Assembly (NCBI GenBank): GCA_030615605.1
Contig: JAUWYY010000005.1
Span: forward strand, 43,682 to 107,681
Reading direction: 5' to 3'
Length of the DNA: 64,000 nt
Source: a bacterium
GTDB lineage: Bacteria; Armatimonadota; Zipacnadia; Zipacnadales; Zipacnadaceae
Shown here: positions 38,263 through 48,452 of the stretch, in pieces
How positions within the stretch are numbered: position 1 is the stretch's first letter
How the letters are laid out: each line of letters opens with the position of its first letter
Made by a program: the position numbers and the translations under genes
The notes under the pieces: model-generated
Told to the model about the DNA's origin: nothing
The model's input: only the letters and a program-made list of their open reading frames with translations
Databases searched by the model: none

Positions 38263-39660
38263 GCGTGTCAATTGAGTGTAGACGTGCGCAAGTAAGCCAA
38301 CAAGCCGTGTGAGAAGGTACCGCTGCAGCTTCCGATAGTCGCCAGGCCCATGAGGCATGGCCTTGCCAATGCACTGGCTAAAGAACTGAGTGAGCCTAAC
38401 CATCTTCTCCTCAGCACCACTATCATGCTCCACATCGTGGCGATAGAAGTTGTCACGTAGCAGCCTGACTTCATCGTTGACAAAGTCTTGATGTTGAGCA
38501 TCCAGCAAGCTCCATAGAAGACCTTCCTTCTTGCCCCCATCTTCCCACAGCAGGAAATATAAATAATCTACTACCTCGCCAAGAAGCTTCTCTGTCGCCG
38601 CTATAATGCCAGGGAAAGCTGCGATTATACTCATGAACTTCGAGCTGGCACCGAATATGGGTTTCTCCCCGGCAAATCTGGAAGCTCTGTCACAGTCGAG
38701 GATCAATGCACGCACTTGTAGCCCCAATGCCAACTCTGTTTCGTACGGGAGATCTGCCAAGAGTTCTTCTGCATCGATCTGAATACCACGTTCGGCGATT
38801 CGATCGTGTATCTCGGTCCGCTGGACTTGCAGGATGTTATAAGTAGGCAAGGCTCCCACAAAAGGTCCGGAAATGCCCGTTTCTGGATCGTACAGAGTCA
38901 GTGCTTCAAGGTTGCTCGCGCATACTATGCTCGTTGCAGAAGAACTAGCGACTATTCCTGCGCTCGCCCGAACAGTCGCGATCTCATCACCTTCGGCTTC
39001 TTCCTCTTCTATGCGGTAGCGGTTAGCAGTCTGCTCGAACATTCTTGGGGGCTGCAGCAGAACCTCGTGAAGTAAGTCACTCCGCGGAATGTCAAACTGG
39101 GCCAATGAGGCCCTAACTGCAGGGCCCATTGCGAGAGCAGCCTGCGCTGCTTCGGCAATCGCTAGGCTCTGCCCTAGCGCTGCGGCCCGTGTCTTATCCA
39201 TTCGCGCCGACCAAGACAGCAGCGGCGCCATGGACGCCGACACCGCTGCAGATTGCGTTATGGCCGTCTGCATGATCGAGGCCGATTGTTCTTCCAGTCG
39301 CTGGAGGTGCTGAAGATATGATCCTGACACGACGGACGCCAATGATATGGACAACATTACAGATTGGCCTATGGTCACCTCCATCATCCGGTTAGACTGT
39401 TCTTCCATATGCTGAAGGTGCACACCCCATGATTGTGAGAACAACGAGGTTCGATCAATGGCAGCCACAATGGATGATAGGTGGTCCTGCCGCGCTGCCC
39501 ACGCCGCCGTGCGCGCCTCCATTAACGAGTATATATGTGACGGCGAGTAGCCACCCAGCACCCGACTCAGCCCTTCGAAAGATGCCATCCGGGCTTGGAG
39601 TCCTTCGATCGCCTCAAGCTCGTCCTGGTCATCATCTGTCTCGTTGCTCATATCTATCAC
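38257..39660 (-). CDS. Hypothetical protein with internal Gln/Ser-rich helical repeats
   Basis: 467-aa ORF. Tandem approximate repeats HLQHMEEQSNRMMEVTIGQSVMLSISLASVVSGS / YLQHLQRLEEQSASIMQTAITQSAAVSASMAPLLS. No assignable domain. Confidence 0.55.
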   Translation of the reverse strand: MIDMSNETDDDQDELEAIEGLQARMASFEGLSRVLGGYSPSHIYSLMEARTAAWAARQDHLSSIVAAIDRTSLFSQSWGVHLQHMEEQSNRMMEVTIGQSVMLSISLASVVSGSYLQHLQRLEEQSASIMQTAITQSAAVSASMAPLLSWSARMDKTRAAALGQSLAIAEAAQAALAMGPAVRASLAQFDIPRSDLLHEVLLQPPRMFEQTANRYRIEEEEAEGDEIATVRASAGIVASSSATSIVCASNLEALTLYDPETGISGPFVGALPTYNILQVQRTEIHDRIAERGIQIDAEELLADLPYETELALGLQVRALILDCDRASRFAGEKPIFGASSKFMSIIAAFPGIIAATEKLLGEVVDYLYFLLWEDGGKKEGLLWSLLDAQHQDFVNDEVRLLRDNFYRHDVEHDSGAEEKMVRLTQFFSQCIGKAMPHGPGDYRKLQRYLLTRLVGLLAHVYTQLTRT

Positions 39661-39747
39661 ACCGCCTTAGGAACAATGCTTTCACCCTCTTATGATATGA
39701 TTTTGATAAACATCCGCCTGCGTCGCTTCCCATGTAGGTAGGTGACT

Positions 39748-39843
39748 TCATGTTTCCGCTGCTTGGACCATCGCGATCTCCTCGTCGGTCAGCTCGTACA
39801 GCTCATGGATTAGCTCATCAATGGCCTGGTCGGTGGCGGTTTA
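39748..39843 (-). repeat. Partial copy (DR-B, ~88% nt identity over ~70 nt) of the 3' end of the type IIG R-M gene
   Basis: Encodes TATDQAIDELIHELYELTDEEIAMVQAAET* immediately after a TAA, cf. ATDQAIDKLVYELYELSDEEIAIVEGQT*. Overlaps the last 8 codons of the FGE-domain gene in another frame. Confidence 0.6.
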
Positions 39844-40885
39844 CAGACTCAGGCTTGGGCGTGTAGACGCAGCGAAACCCGACGGAGTTGTTGCTATATT
39901 TGGGTGGGGGATGGTGTTCGCGGTTTGTCGTGCGGCACTCATCTTCTCCGTAGAAACAGTTGCCGCCCCGGACGACGCGGCCCTCGCCCTGGAGACGTCC
40001 CCGAGGGTCTTGCACGGTGGCTTCGCTGTCGGGGTAGTCGCCAAACCAGTCTTCGCACCATTCCATGAGGTTTCCGGCCATGCCCAAGGCTCCGCGCCAG
40101 CTTGCACTGTCTGGGAAGGAACCGACAGGACTTGTATACGTAACCTCCGTTTCGTCCCAAGAGTCACCCTCCTCTACGTACTGCTTCCTTTCCCAGTGCC
40201 ATGCTCGGCCTTGATTCTCGCTGCAGCAACACCGAGTCGCGTCCCAACAGTCGCCCCACGGGTATATTCTTCTCTCCGGCCCACGAGCGGCCCACTCCCA
40301 TTCCGCCTCTGTGGGCAGACGCAGGCCATAGTACTCGGCGTAGTCGTGGGCCGCCTGCCAGGTCGCTCCGACAACGGGGTACTTGTCGCGGTCTTCCAGC
40401 GTTCGGTAGTGCCCGCTTTCTAGCACAATATCGGACGGTTCGCACATCACAACGGGGTCAATTCTGGCTCGGTTGTGACCGCTCTCAATGAGCTTGTTCA
40501 GATACTGTGCGTACTGCGTGTTAGTAACGAGACACTTCATAAGCCAGAAGCCATTGGAGATGCATACCTTTTGAGTCGGTCCACCCCCGGGCTTGTCGTC
40601 TCCCATTAGGAACTCGCCATCTGGCACCCAGACCATGGACGCAAGCGTCGGGCCAGCAATTACCTGACCCAGCTCCCCTGGGGTGCGCCAGAGGTGGCCC
40701 GACGGCCCATTCGCTGCGCCAAGGCCTCGCCGCAAAGCCTGGCCCGCTCTGCGTCTCGCTCGGCGCGCATTCCACCATCTGCTGAGCCGTGTCTCGACTG
40801 GCCCCGACACCCGACGCTTGAAATCGCTCCACAGCACTACCAATAGACTGTTGTCCTTTATTTCCACCTGATCCCCCTCCTTCAA
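39818..40885 (-). CDS. Formylglycine-generating enzyme (FGE/SUMF1)-sulfatase domain protein
   Basis: GATWQAAHDYAEYYGLRLPTEAEWEWAARG...GNLMEWCEDW...RVVRGGNCF. Matches the PF03781 pattern. Confidence 0.75.
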   Translation of the reverse strand: MKEGDQVEIKDNSLLVVLWSDFKRRVSGPVETRLSRWWNARRARRRAGQALRRGLGAANGPSGHLWRTPGELGQVIAGPTLASMVWVPDGEFLMGDDKPGGGPTQKVCISNGFWLMKCLVTNTQYAQYLNKLIESGHNRARIDPVVMCEPSDIVLESGHYRTLEDRDKYPVVGATWQAAHDYAEYYGLRLPTEAEWEWAARGPERRIYPWGDCWDATRCCCSENQGRAWHWERKQYVEEGDSWDETEVTYTSPVGSFPDSASWRGALGMAGNLMEWCEDWFGDYPDSEATVQDPRGRLQGEGRVVRGGNCFYGEDECRTTNREHHPPPKYSNNSVGFRCVYTPKPESVNRHRPGH

Positions 40886-40920
40886 CTAAGCATAAGAGTG
40901 TCTGGCTCCTGGCTGACCTC

Positions 40921-43900
40921 CTACGTCTGTCCCTCCACTATCGCAATCTCCTCGTCGCTCAGCTCGTACAACTCATAGACCAGCTTATCAATGGCCTGGT
41001 CGGTGGCGGCTATCTGGCGCTGGAGGCGCTCGCGGCTGCGCGGCGTCTTGACCTGGGCCAGGCGCTTGTGCAGCTCCAGCATCGTCTCCACCAGCTCAAC
41101 CATCTTATCGTGCCGCGCCACATCCGCCGGGTCATCAAAATCAATCGTGCGGATGGGAAGGCGCTTAACGTATCGCGGCTCATATGCAAACCAACCGCCC
41201 TGAAACCGCGAGCTGATCTTCTGGAGATAGAAGGTAAGAACACGTGAATTAAGGACACCGAGAACGTACATTGTGAGCGCCTTGTCGGCGATGACGATCC
41301 CCATTCCACCACCAGCCCCCTGCGGGAAATAGAGCCCAGAGTCGTCGAGCGCGAACGCATTGGCTGGTGCGAGTGTCGGAGTTACGATTTTCGTAGATTC
41401 GAACATCATCATAGACGAACTGAAACTCAAGCCATACCAAGCAGGCCCCTTCATCTTGCCTTTTTCTCGTCGTTGGAGTTTGGATTGATTGTCACGGAGG
41501 CGCTGCCAAATCTCTGGCGCACTTGCCTTGACGGTCGCTTCCGGCAGTAAGGTAGTGGCACCACCCTCAAGTGCATACGGATAGATCAAGTGCCTAGCAC
41601 TAGGACCGACATAATAGCGTTTAAGGCTTTCAGCCTTAAGGTATTTCTTGAGACAGCTACTACCTTCTTCACGTGTGGCCATTATTCCAATTCCGTTCGG
41701 AATCTCTCCCGCCTCTAACACGAACACGTCATTGGCGCCTGTCTTAACACCCGTGATCATTTCCGAAGCGAGAGCAGGCAGTGGCTGGCCAATCTGATCC
41801 AGCTTCTGGCAGAGGTCTTGTTCGTCCCTATACCCGAGCGTCCATGGCCCAGTGCCCAATCGCCCGACGTCTATCTCCTCTATACGCCCGCCGCCGAGTA
41901 GTGTCTGCGGTGTCTCGTCTCTCGGATTGAACTGTGCTAGGAAAGAGTCTTGAGGAGAAGGCGTTGCAAATACGAGGCATGTGTATGATGTTGCGCCCTC
42001 GAAGACCTGTGCTGCTTGGAAGTCAACTATGCGCTGCAGGCCGCACTTTTTGGTCAAGAGTTGACGCAGACCCACACCATAATCAGCCTGTAGGAATTTA
42101 TTGGGGACGATGAAACCCATTTGGCCATTGGACCTGAGGACCTGCAGGGCTAATTCAATGAATGCAACGTAGATGTCAACCTTGCCAAATATAGCCGATC
42201 TGAAGTGCGTTTGAATGTAGCGAACCTCGGTTGGGTAGAAGTCGACAAGTCTGTGTATACGAATATACGGCGGATTACCGATGACGCAGTCGAAGCCGCC
42301 GGCGGACATTATCTCGGGGAACTCCGCGTCCCAGTCAAAGGCGTTGACGCGGCGGGCCTCCTCCTCGTCAATCAGTGCAAGCTGCCTCCCCTCATAATAG
42401 TCCGGCCCGATGAGACTGTTGCCACACTTGATATTATCGTCAATATTGGGCAGCACCCGCTCCTGGGCCAGTTGCAACTGCCCGCTGAGCGTCTCCTCGG
42501 TCTCCCCCTCCATACATTTGAGCAGCAGGTTGAGCTTGGTGACCTCCACGGCCTGCGAGTCAATATCCACACCAAAGATGTTGTTGAGCAGGATGCGCTT
42601 GCGCTCGAAGGTGGACAGCCGCCATTCGTTCTCGAGCACCTGGATAATGGCCGGCTGCGGGCCACGGGCATGCTTCCTGGGGCTATGGTTGGTGTAGTAG
42701 TCCAGGTGCCAGTTGAGCAGATACTGGTACGCACCCAGCAAAAATGAACCGGAGCCACAGGCCGGGTCGAGAATGCGCAGCTTGCTGGCCGCTTCCGGCG
42801 TCTCGGCCTCTTCCAGCGCCGGGCCGACGGTGTGCTCGACGATGTAGTCCACGATGTAGGTGGGTGTGTAGTAGACGCCACCGGCCTTCTTGACCTCGGG
42901 CTTCTCCTCGACTTTGGCGCGGTGGCTGGGGGTCAGGCGAATTACCTTGCCCAGGAACTGCTCGTAGACAGCCCCGAGGATATCGGCACCCAGCACGGAG
43001 AACTCATAGGGGCACTGCGGATAGTAAAGCTCGGCCAGAATAGACTGCAGAGCCTTGTCGGAGACCTCCAGTTCGGGCGTCAACTGATCCCCGCTGGAGC
43101 TGAAGTCAAACAGCCCGGCGTTATACTTGGTATCGGCCTGCTGGTAGAGCTGGCACAGACGCGGGTAGAGACCCGTGCCGTCCAGCAGGTCGCGCAGGCG
43201 ACCGTACGGCTCAACGCCCCGGTCTTCGGCAATGCGAAAGAACAGGATGCGGTCAATAGTGGTCTGGACGGCGAAGTTCAGGTCGTGCACGGACAGGTCA
43301 AGGTTGTGGCGGGCGATGTCTTTGGCCAGCATCTCCCGCCACTGCTCAATCTCCTGGAGGAACTCCGAGTCAACCTCGGTGGTGCCACGCTTGCGGCGTG
43401 TGCCTTCGGCATAGCGGTCAAAGGACCCCTTCAGTATCGCCTCTTTGGCGAAGATCGAGTAGATGTCGTCCAGGCGATCGACGTATTCATCATAGGTTAT
43501 GAAGTCAACCCGAGCCACGCTGGGCCCATCTGCCTCCTGAGGCCGCTTGCTGCAGTCGTAAACCGCGAATTCCTCAAAGTCAGTCAGGATGGACCGGGGC
43601 AGCTTCGCACTCCAGCCGTAACGGCGAAGCTGGTAGGCCGGCGAGGGATCGGTCTTTATGTGCACCGAGGGCTTCTTTGCTTCCAGGAAGAACTTGCGCT
43701 GGCCGCCGATGCGGAAGCAGTAATCCGGCGCTTTGGTGGCACCCCGGACCTTGATGGCGTCCTCGTGGATAACTTCCTTGTAGGGCTCGGCATAGCCCTG
43801 CTCGTTGGCAATATCCCAGCCCAGCGCCTCAAAGAAGGGGTCAATGAACTCCTGCCTCAGTTGCGCTTCACGGTACGAGACAGCAGCATACTGGTCAGCG

Positions 43901-44022
43901 TTACGCCGGTACCGTTCCACCAGCTCCGCTACAACGTCGCGTGTATCATCCGGCGCGTTGATTGAGCGTGGCTCGTAAGCTTCAGGCATTTTCAGAACCC
44001 CTCCACCAATACAGTTCCACAC
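40921..44022 (-). CDS. Type IIG/IIL restriction-modification enzyme: fused PD-ExK endonuclease + N6-adenine MTase (MmeI/PglX-like)
   Basis: N-terminal EAQLRQEFIDPFFEALGWDI...APDYCFRIGGQRKFFLEAKKP (PD...EAK). MTase motif I LRILDPACGSGSFLLGAY and motif IV VIGNPPYIRI. C-terminal ...IDKLVYELYELSDEEIAIVEGQT. No BREX partners nearby. Confidence 0.8.
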   Translation of the reverse strand: MWNCIGGGVLKMPEAYEPRSINAPDDTRDVVAELVERYRRNADQYAAVSYREAQLRQEFIDPFFEALGWDIANEQGYAEPYKEVIHEDAIKVRGATKAPDYCFRIGGQRKFFLEAKKPSVHIKTDPSPAYQLRRYGWSAKLPRSILTDFEEFAVYDCSKRPQEADGPSVARVDFITYDEYVDRLDDIYSIFAKEAILKGSFDRYAEGTRRKRGTTEVDSEFLQEIEQWREMLAKDIARHNLDLSVHDLNFAVQTTIDRILFFRIAEDRGVEPYGRLRDLLDGTGLYPRLCQLYQQADTKYNAGLFDFSSSGDQLTPELEVSDKALQSILAELYYPQCPYEFSVLGADILGAVYEQFLGKVIRLTPSHRAKVEEKPEVKKAGGVYYTPTYIVDYIVEHTVGPALEEAETPEAASKLRILDPACGSGSFLLGAYQYLLNWHLDYYTNHSPRKHARGPQPAIIQVLENEWRLSTFERKRILLNNIFGVDIDSQAVEVTKLNLLLKCMEGETEETLSGQLQLAQERVLPNIDDNIKCGNSLIGPDYYEGRQLALIDEEEARRVNAFDWDAEFPEIMSAGGFDCVIGNPPYIRIHRLVDFYPTEVRYIQTHFRSAIFGKVDIYVAFIELALQVLRSNGQMGFIVPNKFLQADYGVGLRQLLTKKCGLQRIVDFQAAQVFEGATSYTCLVFATPSPQDSFLAQFNPRDETPQTLLGGGRIEEIDVGRLGTGPWTLGYRDEQDLCQKLDQIGQPLPALASEMITGVKTGANDVFVLEAGEIPNGIGIMATREEGSSCLKKYLKAESLKRYYVGPSARHLIYPYALEGGATTLLPEATVKASAPEIWQRLRDNQSKLQRREKGKMKGPAWYGLSFSSSMMMFESTKIVTPTLAPANAFALDDSGLYFPQGAGGGMGIVIADKALTMYVLGVLNSRVLTFYLQKISSRFQGGWFAYEPRYVKRLPIRTIDFDDPADVARHDKMVELVETMLELHKRLAQVKTPRSRERLQRQIAATDQAIDKLVYELYELSDEEIAIVEGQT

Positions 44023-44336
44023 GTGCAGACGGAATCCTTGCTGTTATGTGTCCGTAACGTGTGGGGAAGACTTCGCGGGCCGAAAGGTTGGGCCGTCTCC
44101 CAAGAGGGCTCGGGCACGTGATGACGAAAAGGATGGGCATAGAGAGGCGGTGCGGATGCCAACCGACGAACCGTGCGAGGAGGATCTTCCCAACGCCCGG
44201 AGAGCCGCGAACTCGGCTTGGCACGACGTGTGCGAGCAACTGGGGCGCTTTCCGCTGCCCCGGCCTATCGCTACTCATCCTTGGCAGCGGGCATCTCTCC
44301 GTCTTTAGCCCATTTGTAAACCGCCAAGGGCCTTAC

Positions 44337-45185
44337 CTACAGGTATTCCGCGACCTCCTGTGCCACATCAGCCTGCTCTGTGCTCTCGGAGGACACGGTC
44401 GTTTCCGCGAGCGGCCGCCGTACAGAAGGCACGGCAACGCCCGCCTGCAATGCCGTCATTACACCAACTGCCTCAAGATAGTTGTCTACAATAAACAGCT
44501 TTCCTGGCGCAAATGGGAAGGCTTCGAGATCGTTCCTCATGCGGTTGCGGTTTTCTCGCACGGCTACTACCGGTATGCCCTGCTCCAGAGCTGCAAGGGT
44601 TGGCAGTCCTACGCAACCGTCAGGAATCACCAGGCACGATACGTCAGCCGCAGTTAACACACCAGGGCGCTTCCAGACCGCCGCGCCTCGGACAATGCGC
44701 GGGCTCCGATGCAGCCCCTTCAGGACTGAGTAAAGGAAAGAAGTCGATATGACCTCGGCTGACATGCGGGGGTCAACTGCCCCAACATCCAGGTTCAGAA
44801 TCTCCATGGACTCTGCCATAGGGGCATGCGCAGATGGCATGTTGAAGATCATCGATATCGCATGAGTCAGCATCGCCTCAACACCGCCCCATGGATTGAC
44901 AATCTCGCCGCGGCTCTCGTAGTAGTCGTGATGAAAGCGCTCAGGCACATCAATTATCGAACCGAGGGCGATAGCATCGAATTCCGTCCGGCGGCGCGAG
45001 AGCACCTCACATAGCCGTTCGAGCCCTTCAACCCGTCCGACGGCTCTGCCAGACGACGAATACTCGCCCCACATGTGGATCGGTGGGTCCAGCTTAACAA
45101 CAACCGGACAGTCCAAGCCTAACGTGGCCCGTGCGCTGTGATAGCATCCAGCTTCTGCATCTCGTAGTAAGCCACCTGTCACCAA
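44337..45185 (-). CDS. Hypothetical protein
   Basis: 282-aa ORF, 15 nt downstream of the interrupted HD-ATPase gene. No assignable domain. Confidence 0.5.
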   Translation of the reverse strand: MVTGGLLRDAEAGCYHSARATLGLDCPVVVKLDPPIHMWGEYSSSGRAVGRVEGLERLCEVLSRRRTEFDAIALGSIIDVPERFHHDYYESRGEIVNPWGGVEAMLTHAISMIFNMPSAHAPMAESMEILNLDVGAVDPRMSAEVISTSFLYSVLKGLHRSPRIVRGAAVWKRPGVLTAADVSCLVIPDGCVGLPTLAALEQGIPVVAVRENRNRMRNDLEAFPFAPGKLFIVDNYLEAVGVMTALQAGVAVPSVRRPLAETTVSSESTEQADVAQEVAEYL

Positions 45186-45199
45186 CGAACGATGGTCAG

Positions 45200-47845
45200 T
45201 CAGCAGTCCTGGCGGCGCAACACGTACACAGGAGCCTCGACCTCCTCATTCGCTGCGGTGCCTATTGGCCGCTGTTCCCAAGGCGGCGGTTGTCGCTCAA
45301 TGCCGGAAGCTGCAACAAGGGTGGAAACAGGACACTGCCATGCGGCGGCAATGGCGGAGAGCACGATTCCTACAAGGGTGCGTGAGTGGTGGGTAACGGG
45401 ATCTCCCCGCATTTCGCGCGGCACCGGCCACAATGCAGGCGTTAGCTCCCACCCTATGCCGACAAGGTTAGCAACGTGCGTGTGTGTCGCCACAACATGA
45501 TCCTCGACGACAATATCATGCGCTTCTTCGCGTTTCTTGTTGAACACGCCGATAGCCATGATGAGCACCTCATCACTCCACTCAATGGTTGACAGCTCTG
45601 TTGCAGCGCGCGGTCGACCACCGACATATGCCACGGGGAGCGGGCCCGTATCACCACCCACTGCACGAACAGAAGCGGCAAGTTTCATCGCGTTCTCCGC
45701 TGCGAGCGTCGACCCCAAGAGCTGCGCCTGTTCGGTCGCCCATCGCGCGAGTTCCTCATCGTTGACGATGGGCCTGGCAGCCCCTCGGGATGCGGTGACG
45801 GGCATCCCGAACAGCACGCCAGCAACACCATCGAGCCGGGTGGCGTGGAGCCCTCCCACGACCACAGCCCCCGGACCCGGTCGGCCGCCTCTCGGTCCAC
45901 CCACGACGGCGACCGGGGGAATGAGCCATGCACGTCCGATCACGCGGCCAGACCGGTCATGCAGAGCACGGCAATTGCTCGCGAGTGCAAGCATCGTCTC
46001 CGCATTGTGGGTTGATTCCCAGTAAGGTGTAATCCTCTGTAGACGCGCGACAAGTTCGGTCGGGTTCATTTCCATCCAGTCGTTGACCCTGACTGGACAC
46101 CGCGTATCTCTCCCCTCATACTGCGTCTCAAGCGTCACGTCAAGGCATGGGTATGCAGCCTCGCAGAACTCGGCGAGCGGGTCCTCCCGAAATGCGATGT
46201 GCCCAATGAGGCCATCTTCGGCGCGTGGCGGCTGATCGAGCCAGACACGCACCACTGTACCCCCGTCTTCGAGCCTCTGGTCAGTGCTCGCTGGGCGAAC
46301 CACGGGTCGCCGCTGCAGGGAGTTGAACTCCAGTACGAGGGTGCTGTCCAGGCCCCTATCGCAGCGCCTCGTCGTAACGCGGACACGTTCGCCAAGCATG
46401 AAGACTGAGAAGAAGCCAATCCCGAAGCGACCGATCGGCCGAAAGCCGCTCGACAGCAGGCCCGGGGATTCGCGCTGCAGGAGAGGGCTGTCCCAGTAGC
46501 ATGTGCCAAAATCGAGGAGAGGCCCTGTGAGGACCTCCTAGGACATGCCCACACCATTGTCCTCGACCTCAAGCCAGTGGGTGTCCCCGTCGCTGCCGAT
46601 TCTGACACGAATGGTGCCCCAGCCATCACCGCGCTCTTCGAGGGCTCTGCGAGCACGCACGGCGTCTGCCGCATTCTGCACGAGTTCGCGCAGTGCCACG
46701 CTTGGATCGTCGCCATACAGAGCCCTGCCCCCCAACTTCTCGATCACCGCGAGTGGCTCGGATACCCCTACTCTCGCATCGACGGGCACCCATCCCACGA
46801 CAGGAACGAGTTGCGCGAGCCGGCGCGGGCTTTCGATACCGGCCACGCCGCGCACGGCAAATCGCTGCCGGCCCGTATCGGCGAGAAGCTGATCAACGCG
46901 ATGTAACTCGTCGTCAACCGTGACGAGTGTGTCGTGACACAGCCACCACGCATCTGCCAGATCCTCGCCGAACGGTGCTCCGGCAGTGAACATGAGGCGG
47001 TCGACGTGAAGGTACGGACGGTGAAGGTGCTCCTGGAACCGCCAGTGATCCCGAGAGAGCCCCTCCGGCTTTCGGAGCACTCTCAGGAGAACCGGAGCCC
47101 GGCTCGCGTCGATGTGAGCCGCGTCAGCAGCCCTCAAGAGGCACGCCACCTTCAGCGGGTCCATCTGCCACTGCCGAGGGAAGAGGCTTGGCGCCCCAAG
47201 GCCAGACCCGAACTCATGTTCGAGTTGCTCCACTGACCACCAGTGGCTGTGACCCAACCGGCCTATGGTGGGCCCGAGGTGCGAGCGGAGAGTGGAGTCC
47301 TCGAGCAAGAAGATCTGCTCACCTGTATCGGGATCATCCCAGTACATTGCAGGCAACTCCTCTGCCCTTAGAGCATGAAGTTCTCTAAGCGTGATTGCGT
47401 CCGCGCGCCGCTTGATGTCTTCAGGGGCGTTATCGATTTCCTCCTCACCTGGATATTGGCCCGTGTGCTCACGCAACTCCGCCACAACCGTGTCTCGCCA
47501 GATGGGATGCTGTCGCAACTGATCGGCGCCTCCGGGGTAGACGGCCAGGCTCAGTCCCAGATCATGGAGAAGGAAGGCCGCGCCCAAGACGAAGGCCTCG
47601 CACGGGGTCATTTTGTAGTCCTCGCCGGCGACCAGATCAGCGCTCTTCCAGAGCCCATCCAGGTGGCTGACGTCGTGCAACGTGTAGTCGGGAAGATCAC
47701 GGGCTATCTCGCCAGCAAGTAGCGCCGCCCTGGCCCGCATGCGCCGGAACGAGGTCCTGAGGCGCTCTCGCGGTTCCTCATGCTTGTCATCTGGTATTGA
47801 CGCGAGCGTGGCCCTCCATAGAGTGGTAGACTCATACTCAGGCAT
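45200..47845 (-). pseudogene. HD-domain + HSP90-like (GHKL/Bergerat) ATPase gene interrupted by one in-frame TAG at 46538-46540
   Basis: Upstream ORF ends ...ELVQNAADAV (N-box)...EVEDNGVGMS (G1 box) then TAG. The same frame continues EVLTGPLLDF...GRFGIGFFSVFMLGERV (G2 box, cf. HSP90 IGQFGVGFYSAF) into ORF 45200-46399. N-terminal region has HD motifs TLHDVSH...AAFLLHDLG. Confidence 0.7.
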
Positions 47846-47875
47846 GTGACATCTCCCGTGCTGCCTTTGTCACTG

Positions 47876-48067
47876 TCAACTCAGCCCAGTCGCACTGGAT
47901 TCGTCGCAAAGCCCCATGGCAATACTGCGCAGAAGCGTTGTATTGCCATTCCCGTTGTCCCCGACCAGCACCGTCCACATCGTGGTCTCCCCTTCTTCAG
48001 ATTCAAGATTCAGGGTGACATCATCAAAACACCGGACGTTTTCCAGGACGACCTTCGTTATGTACAT
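47876..48067 (-). pseudogene. Truncated N-terminus of an ABC/OLD-type (AAA_15/21, PtuA/GajA-like) ATPase
   Basis: MYITKVVLENVRCFDDVTLNLE...WTVLVGDNGNGNTTLLRSIAMGL is the typical N-terminal strand plus Walker A region of this ATPase family. The ORF stops after 63 aa. Confidence 0.45.
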
Positions 48068-48452
48068 TGCCGATTACCTCCCAGCTCTAATACTCCCACG
48101 GATCTTGCCAGCACCTGACCTGGCCGCATAATGGTACCACCTGCTGTGTTAGTCCTAGTGCGCCTGTACAGCCATGGCACCTGGAACCGGTGGCCGATAG
48201 TGAAGCGCACTGTGTCGCCCCCAGTTTTGTAGTATCTTCGCCATCGCGCGCTCGATCCCTTGCGCATCTCCACAAGTGCCTCGTTGGACCACTATTCCTC
48301 GGCCAGCGCGGCAATCTGCTCCTGCAATTCCGTAAGCTGCTGCTGCAACTCGACGATCTGCTATTGCCGTCTGTTGTGTGGTCAGCTCAAGGTCTGGCAC
48401 GATCCCTGCTGCAATTCGCCGCTGTGTGTCTGCCACCTGCTCGACGGTCAGC

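Noticed and set aside
44061-44657. 198-aa plus-strand ORF downstream of the type IIG gene
   Set aside because: Largely antisense to the 44337-45185 gene and to intergenic sequence. Arg/Cys-rich nonsense translation.
46538-46540. Interpreting the in-frame TAG as pyrrolysine/amber recoding or an alternative genetic code
   Set aside because: Other genes in the window terminate with TAG (e.g. 9960-9962, 38257-38259) and no pyl genes are present. Nonsense mutation or sequencing error is far more likely.
40921-47845. BREX system (PglX with neighbours)
   Set aside because: Despite the PglX-like N-terminus, none of BrxA/BrxB/BrxC/PglZ/BrxL-like proteins (large ATPase, alkaline-phosphatase-like, Lon-like) are encoded nearby. 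The neighbours are FGE-domain, HD-GHKL and unknown proteins.
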